64,000 nt of DNA. Origin: Eledone cirrhosa (taxonomy: Eukaryota). A program made the position numbers and the translations under genes. This document shows, in pieces, positions 56,378 through 64,000 of the stretch. The notes under the pieces were generated by a model that saw only the letters and a program-made list of their open reading frames with translations, searched no databases and was not told the DNA's origin. Location of the stretch: the NCBI GenBank assembly GCA_964016885.1, contig OZ024753.1, forward strand, positions 31,372,001-31,436,000, given 5' to 3'. The number at the start of each line of letters is the position of its first letter. Within the stretch, counting starts at the first letter, position 1.

Positions 56378-56490
56378 TTATTTCTACTTTAGGCACAAGG
56401 CCAGCAATTACCCAGTTCATTACTGGTCTTTATTTTATCGACCCCGTAAGGATGAAAGGCAAAGTCAACCTCGGCGGGATTTGAACTCAA
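56378..56490 (-). mobile_element. SINE, 5'-truncated
   Basis: Core plus B box. Confidence 0.85.
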
Positions 56491-56703
56491 ATTAATAATA
56501 ATAATCGATTCGTTTGCAATTATGCAAACAGCCTTATTTTAATCATTTTAAAAACCATGTCAATAGAATGAGCCCCTCAATTATTATTCATATTGTAAAA
56601 ACTCATATTACATTTATTGTATTTAGCCATGTAGAGCGATACATTTTTATTTATTTATATATATATATGTAACTATACATACGTACACACACGCACGCAC
56701 ACA

Positions 56704-56775
<72 letters not shown>

Positions 56776-57410
56776 GTTGGCAAAGTATTTTAGATTTAGC
56801 AAGGCTTACATAGAATTATGAAAGTAAAATGATTTGATCCGATTTTATGTTTTCCTGAAAATAGCCCCTTTTACCAATATACAAATCTGCATCGGAAAAC
56901 GAAAGAACGAAAATAAATATATAAAGTTAAGTATATCTACAATTATAGAAAATATTGGAATAATACATTGTCACATGGGACAATCAGTAGTCTTTTCGGC
57001 AACTACTCTATATTTTAGCTTTTTTTAAATCTTTTTCTCTGTCTCATAAATATTTCACACATCATTGCCAAAAGGAATATTCTGAAAGAGAGAGAGAGAG
57101 ATTTATATCTATTGTCATGGGGCTTTTTAAAAATAAATTCAGAAATACTAAATCTGAAGTTGCTTATAAGTGATGTATATGCGTTTATTCAGTGGTTATG
57201 GAGAGAGAATTCCTCTACTGAAGCAAGTACTGCAGCAATAAACACATTATTAATTCAGAATAATTCTATTACTTAAGAATATACAGAAGAATTATGACAA
57301 AAGCAAAGTATAAATATATATTTATTGTTTCATATGAATATATTCTAAATATTCAAACAAGTACACACACAATCCACCATATGTGTATATATATATATAT
57401 ATATGCATAC

Positions 57411-57604
57411 ATTTAATATAGAAATGGCTTCTACAGGACTAGAACTGTTTCATTCAGGAGAAATCACCAGGAAGCCCTGGTGATTTCTCACGAATGAAAC
57501 AGTTCTAGTCCTGTAGAAGCCATTTCTATATTAAATATTTATACTCTACTGTGTATTGAGTACCTTACTTACTGTGGTTACGCCGATAGAACCCGAGATA
57601 AACC
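57411..57604. mobile_element. Family B fold-back with HHR (57426-57476, minus; core CUGGUGA)
   Basis: ggcttc-CTGGTGA-tttc..gaat-GAAACAG ttctagtc CTGTA-gaagcc; both arms carry the same A6G change. Confidence 0.8.
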
Positions 57605-57637
57605 TATATATATATATACATATATTAAATATACATT

Positions 57638-57709
<72 letters not shown>

Positions 57710-57875
57710 GGAAAATAATGACTTCACTTGTAGTTCTAAACAATTTGTTTTAATTTTATAATATTATGATTTGGTAGATTTAGTAAGTTGTTTGTTAACT
57801 TCTATAGGGAGATTTTTGAAGATTCCTGGTTAAATTTCCTGGAGACTTTCTCGCATTAGTCGGCGGCGATTGTAT

Positions 57876-57912
<37 letters not shown>

Positions 57913-58059
57913 ACAATATATATAATGTATGTTTATATATTTATGTGTAAAATGTATGTATATGAAATTGACAGCACATTAAAGAATACATGACTGTCAA
58001 TTCTAGTTTTTTCGATGTCCAAGTTGTTTGCAATAATGTAATGGAATTATATTAAGCAA

Positions 58060-58180
58060 TAATTGTTTCTACTTTAGGCACAAAGCCAGCAATTACCCAG
58101 TGCATTACTGGTACTTTATTTTATCGACCCCGTAAGGATGAAAGGCAAAGTCAACCTCGGCGGGATTTGAACTCAGATCA
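58060..58180 (-). mobile_element. SINE, 5'-truncated
   Basis: Core plus B box; TSD-like taagcaataat. Confidence 0.85.
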
Positions 58181-59739
58181 TAAGCAATAATATAAACTTA
58201 TGTAAAACATGATGAGCTAAACAAAGTACAACGTTTCTTTGAATAATGGAAAAAAACTTAACGATCACCACAAACTTCTCATGACGCCATGCTAACTAAA
58301 TCAATATATACACCGTAAAGATATCTCACCTTTCTTTCAAACTTATTTTGAAGTTATAATAATTTTGGTAAGGCAACAACCAATTTGAAAAATGCAATAA
58401 TCTTTGTTTCACATTAAAGCTTGAAAATGAATAATCTGTCAAAGACAAATTAATGTTTACTCGCTTAATAATGAAAAGTTTTCTTGGAAAAGTTTAATTT
58501 AGAACAAATTTCAACTTTGGGAATATTCTCTATAGTAAATATTGGTTTCTAGTATTTTCGTTAAAGATCCATTTCGTTTTTTTTTTTTCTTCGTGATGCT
58601 TTAAAACATTTGTATTCAGCCAATCGATTCCTTCCCTATTCTCTCTCATTTGTGTGTTTTATTCCTTCGAACGACGCTCTTGCGGGAAATCATATGAAAT
58701 GTAGCAAGTTTCTCTTGTTAACATTTACTTCCCATTGATTAAATCTCCGAAGAAATGAATTATATGTAATTGCTTTAAAATCCGTAAACACTAAATAAAT
58801 CAGTAAAAAAAAAAGCATAAACAAAAAATGCATTTTAAATGATTGAATAGCCTAAAAACTGATTGCCAATTCCAAGATGTTTTCTAGTTTATTTGGTGAT
58901 TACATTTAAACAGTCGTTTATTAATAATTCTACAAAAATATATTGATATTGAGTCTTTGTTTGCGTTCAAAGTGAGATTTTTTTTCACGTTTCATCACGC
59001 CTTTTTATGCTTGTATGGTGAGAAACAATATAACGAAAAACGAAATAAAAGAACAGATATTAAACTCGCACTAAAACAAATTACAAACAATGTTTTCTTT
59101 TTCCCTTCTGGAAATAGTTTTTAACAAAATGAAAGAAATCGCTTTTCTAAGACGAATCTATAGCGAATTCGTTGTTGGGCCTCTCCCACTCTGATAGGAG
59201 TGAGCAGATAAACTCATCATTGCATTTATTTCAATACATTAATGGTGCAGCTGATGGCATCTGCTCCTGGAAAGAGAATTAACATTTTCCGTATCTTTCC
59301 CCCTAAATATCTTATGAATGTAAACAGCTGCACATATATTTTGGAATCTTTGTTGGTGCTGGTGTTTAAACTGCGCTCAGACATATCGAGCAATCCTGTG
59401 ATCAATGATTTCCCAAATGTGGCCATCACATCTGTTTATGTAGAAGGGACTACATTATCAAAGTTTGCGTTTCTTCAAGACAGTCAGGTGTAACTTAAAT
59501 GATATTTCGCTGCTCTCGGCTGCAATGCTGACATAGAAGATCTCTCGCTGACATATGCATTTTATAGCTAATTCAAACTTATCATATATAATTATTTCCC
59601 TTTCTATATTCGGGATATTTAAATATATTTCGAGGAATGTTCTTTGTTTGTTTGTTAACAACGAAAGGTTTATCTCTATGTACGATTGAGTATTTGTTTT
59701 CCTTATACACACACATGTGTATATAGTATATCTAGTTAA

Positions 59740-60410
59740 AATCCGACCGCGGTTAGAATTGCCTTTCATCTTTATGGGGTTGATAAAATAAAATGCAAGT
59801 CGATGTAATCTACTTTCCACTTCCCTACAAAGTGATGGCATTGTGCTAAAAGAAACAATTATTAATCCTATAATTAGACTTATGGGTTCACAGAAACGTT
59901 GAGCATTCGGAGAAATGCTTTTACAACATTTAGGTACGACCCTTTACGCCTTCAACATGTCCTTTCATCCATTAGGGAGTTGATAGAATAAATACCAATC
60001 AAATATTGTTATCGATATAATTGATTTCCTCTTACCCTGCGGAATCACTTGCGTTGAACCTCACTTAGAAATCGTCATTAATCTACCTATTAATTGGTTG
60101 AACGATTAATCGGCTATTTACCTAACTGTCAAAGCCATTTTATAACATATTCTGTGACCTCGTTATGAAGGTGTTTAGATAATAAATAGTGTCTAAATGT
60201 TTATATAAACATTGAAAACCAATTTGTTTTTTAATGATGAATATGCATTGTACTTGAGAACATATAGGTTCTGAATCATCAGATTCACATGAGCGTCACT
60301 GAGAATACTTCATGGTATTTCCTTTGTTTTTTTGTGCTCCGGGTTCCGACCATAACGAGGTCAGATTTGCCTCTCATCCTTTCCGGGCCAATAAAATAAA
60401 GTATTAGTTC
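59740..60410 (+). mobile_element. Three old SINE remnants
   Basis: Degenerate ctttcatc..gataaaataaa cores at ~59760, ~59960, ~60370. Confidence 0.5.
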
Positions 60411-61384
60411 ACAGCAGTTGTTTGGCGAAATTTTTCGAACATCCTTTTGAATAAAAATTCCGTTTAGGTATTCAATTTAATTTGAAGATCATCGGTAATT
60501 ACACGATCACGGGATTTCAACTCATGAAAGCTGCAACGAATGGAGGAGGATTGTACCCGTGTGTTACTTCATTTGAATGATGATGGTTGGGATGATGACT
60601 AAGACGATGGTGAGAAATAAAATAGTCGCAATTTACATAGACACAAGTATGGCTAGTATTTGTGTGTAAAGTAATTGACCCACTGGAAACATGTAATTGA
60701 ATGATTAAGAGGAAGCATGTATAGATGTGTAGGTAAGAGGTTTACTCTACAATCAAGTGGGTCTGTGTTCGATGAAGCCGCATTGCAGTTTAGTCGAGGG
60801 TTTAATGAGAATGAATCATTAACCATAAACCTGCCCATCACGCATGTAAGAGTTTTTGGCTTCTTATATTAAATACCTTAGCACTAAGCTCACCGTTTGA
60901 AGTTAGATTTTCAATATTAACTTTTCAATAATGATAGAGCACGTACTAAATGATAGAAACTGATGATCCTTCTTGTAACATATTCTTTGTATCTCTAAAT
61001 AAAATACAATATATTTTTACAGAGATTTCATAGTTGATCCATGGATGAGAATCAATGACATACTTTCGATATCATATTAAGCAATATTGTGTAACAATTC
61101 ATTCTATTTTATAAAATTATCAAATTTGTATGTTATCGGATAATAAGGGTTGGTCGCCTTGGGCGAATGGCGCTATCGGGCTATTAAACAATCAATACAA
61201 TCACTTTGATAGAAAATAGAAACGACACGGACACGTCTAAAGGTTAAGTGAAACATATAGATGCACGCAAAGAACGAATTATTATAGGAAATATCGTGTA
61301 GTTAGTGGAAACGACAAAGTATTGATTCCTGAAATTATCTTGATGTAGAATATTGATATAGTTACAGTGTTACTGTGTCTGTAT

Positions 61385-61660
61385 ATGAACAAACATTACA
61401 TCGCGAGTGTGTCGAACTTCCGTCAGCTCCGACGATGAGCGTTCCATTTGTTAAAACAACAGAACAACCTTCATGTCATGAGAAATCGATGGGCATGTTC
61501 CGAGCATTCCACAGACCCGTGCAACGTTAGCATATTTCTTAGTTTGGTTTTTCAATTACAAGCATGCTCAATGTTTTCAGCTGAATAGACTGGAACAACG
61601 CGAAGTATAATACCTGGCAGCTTGTAAGTGGAATATTCTAACCACTGACCCATGCGCAGT
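61385..61660 (-). mobile_element. Old SINE-like remnant related to 27030-27430
   Basis: cattccacagac.cgtg.aac resembles the reverse complement of gttacacgtctgtgtggaatg. Confidence 0.4.
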
Positions 61661-63144
61661 GAGTAGAAAACCACATATATCTATACATATATCTATACAC
61701 ATGTATCTAAAATGTGTTGGTGGTGTTCTAATCCCGTTGTGTTAGATGACATACACACATAAACATATATATATATATATACACGCACAAACATACATAT
61801 ACACAAATGAGGCTAAGAACACAAACTAAAACACACTCACAATCGAACAAACACATATACACACCCAAAGCACTCCTATTCGTAATAAACAAATAAGCAC
61901 ACCTAGACCGAAACATACACACAGTCACTGACAATACACCCACACATACACCAACACGATTAAAATATACACCGCTCCTAAAAATATACACTCACATACG
62001 CACTCGCATACATACAATATAGAATAACAACATACACACGCACAAAATAAATCACATCCACACACATATATCACTACCAAAGATAGTTCTGGTCGCAGTG
62101 CAACTACTTCAGCACTCCTCCCTCCTACACACGACTAGCTACATGCCAACCTCAAACATTTTTCTTTCTTTATTTCAATCTTCCAACACCCACTTTCTCC
62201 TAATTTACTCTTTTCTGACAATTGATTAATGCTTGATATGTTGAAACATTTGTCATTTCTTTCCGACAACCGTGGAACTAATAAGACTTTGTGTAATTGT
62301 ATCTCTTTGCTTGCTTTTATTAATAGTGAACTATATCTGTACAAATATATGTATGTGAATTCATACAAGATTCTTTAGATTCAACTTGAAAAGAACGGAT
62401 GAGATTTTAATGAGCCATCAAATCTTGTTTCATTGGAATTTAGTTCGATCCTTTAAACATCTAATGCAGTCGGAAGTCGATAAACTATAATTCCAGCACA
62501 TTTCTATGTCCATATGGCTGCCATAGAACTGTACTTAACTTATATGTCAGGAGGCCTTCACAATTTTGACCTTTTCTAATATAGTAGATGTCTTGTCGGA
62601 ACTTCGACTAGAAGATCTTAACTGCGACTTTCAAGAGCATGTTTACATTTTGCATTTCCATTGATTAAACGTTCAATATTATTTCAAAAACATTTTTGCT
62701 TTAAATTCCAAAATTCTTAGCCTAGAAATGGAGATAAGTGGATCTCTCTTGATTTCGGCAATGTCTGTCCCAATTGCTTTGTCACTGAAACGGACTACGT
62801 TTTCAGTTAACACGTGACCGATTATTCCATAGATATGTGTACCCATACCGTAATTCACAGAGGTATCCAACATAACACGCTGTGCTGCATTTTTGCCTCT
62901 TTGCCTTTTCATGGCGAATCCATCCGACTGACTTCCCAACAGTTTCCATATACACAATGTCTCAGAAAAGGCTTAGATCCTCCAAGACGTATGGTAAAAG
63001 GGACTTTCCCAGGACACCGGGTCATGAGACCTAACGTAAACTTCATGATTCTGAAGCAAACCTTTTAAACATTTGACCATAATACGTCTATGTAACACGT
63101 TCTGCAATATGAACCTTGTAGAGTACACTGCTGACTTCAAATAT

Positions 63145-63508
63145 TGATTTCTTATATATAGGCACAAGGCCAGCAATTTGGGGGCAGGGGAAGGTCGATT
63201 AAATCTACCCCAGTGCGTGGCTGGTACTTTATTTTATCGACCCCATAAGGATAAAAGGCAAAGTTAAGCTCGGCAGGATTTAAACTCAGATCATAAAGGG
63301 CCGTAACTCAATGATGCAAAGCACGGCGTTCGATCCTCTACCGATACTGCCAATCCACTGCTGGCTTTTAATATTAAAAGAACATATTCGTTCGGTTCTG
63401 ATATAAATAATTGTTTCTATTTTTGGCACAATGACAGCAATTACTCCAGTGCATTTCTGGAACTTTATTTTATCGACCCTATAAGGATGAAAGGCAAAGC
63501 TAATCTCG
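63145..63508 (-). mobile_element. Two SINE copies
   Basis: 63145-63358 full length; 63408-63508 truncated. Confidence 0.85.
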
Positions 63509-64000
63509 ATATATATATATATATAATATGAAAATAATGACCATAGTAATGACTATAACAAACATTATTCATAAACCAAAACTCTTTATGTAATACATAA
63601 AACAATAGAATATACGAATCATCTTTAGAAATATAAAAAGGAGAACAATTGTTAAAACATAAATAACCTTCATGAAATAAAATCTTTCAAATCTTCTTTT
63701 GTGTTTCGAAACAATTATATTAACTGTCAAATTAACTTCAGATTTGCTTTGAAAAAAAATGTATTCTGTACAAAACTGCCTTTATGATGTATAGATTATA
63801 AAAGTGTTGAAAGAAATCATTTTCAGATAAACAGCTGTTGTGATTTGAACAGACTTTAGTTTTCAAGGTCAATGAATCCTCGATGAAATATTTGCTTCAA
63901 TTTGTTATCTTTATCGGTGTTTGTTTGTTTTATAAACATACTGTCTTCAGTCTAGTTAGTTGGCTCTGATAGTTGTAGATTAAATAGTTAATAAAGAACG

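Noticed and set aside
59226-59560. Possible exon or transposase remnant (open frames on both strands)
   Set aside because: No recognisable motif; needs BLASTx or RNA-seq.
62135-63140. Short minus-strand ORFs, possibly a decayed gene or transposase
   Set aside because: Only a weak HVLTEN resemblance to mariner WVPHEL; not supportable.

Overview
Eukaryotic, very AT-rich, repeat-dominated non-coding DNA. The SINEs and massive (TA)n/(CA)n/(GA)n tracts suggest an octopus or other coleoid cephalopod (inference). No host exon is recognisable, and nearly all long ORFs in the track are microsatellite translations. The only real coding remnants are non-LTR retrotransposons: a 5'-truncated L1/Tx1-type RT with a zinc knuckle (46848-49145), CRE-type REL endonuclease fragments and RTE 3' ends. 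The window also holds a short internally deleted RTE-like family and more than 25 tRNA-head SINE copies. The main hidden structure is about 10 unrelated families of short, often fold-back elements sitting inside (TA)n tracts. Most carry a type I hammerhead ribozyme (HHR), complete or partial, with covarying stems and in some cases unusual cores (U3-A8; U10.1-U11.1). They share a TYGAGTRCTT-like motif about 45-70 nt from the 3' end, and their truncation/inversion points fall inside the ribozyme or at its predicted cleavage site. They are best read as Penelope-like element (PLE) pseudo-LTR remnants. All folding was done by eye, and element boundaries next to microsatellites are uncertain by a few bp.
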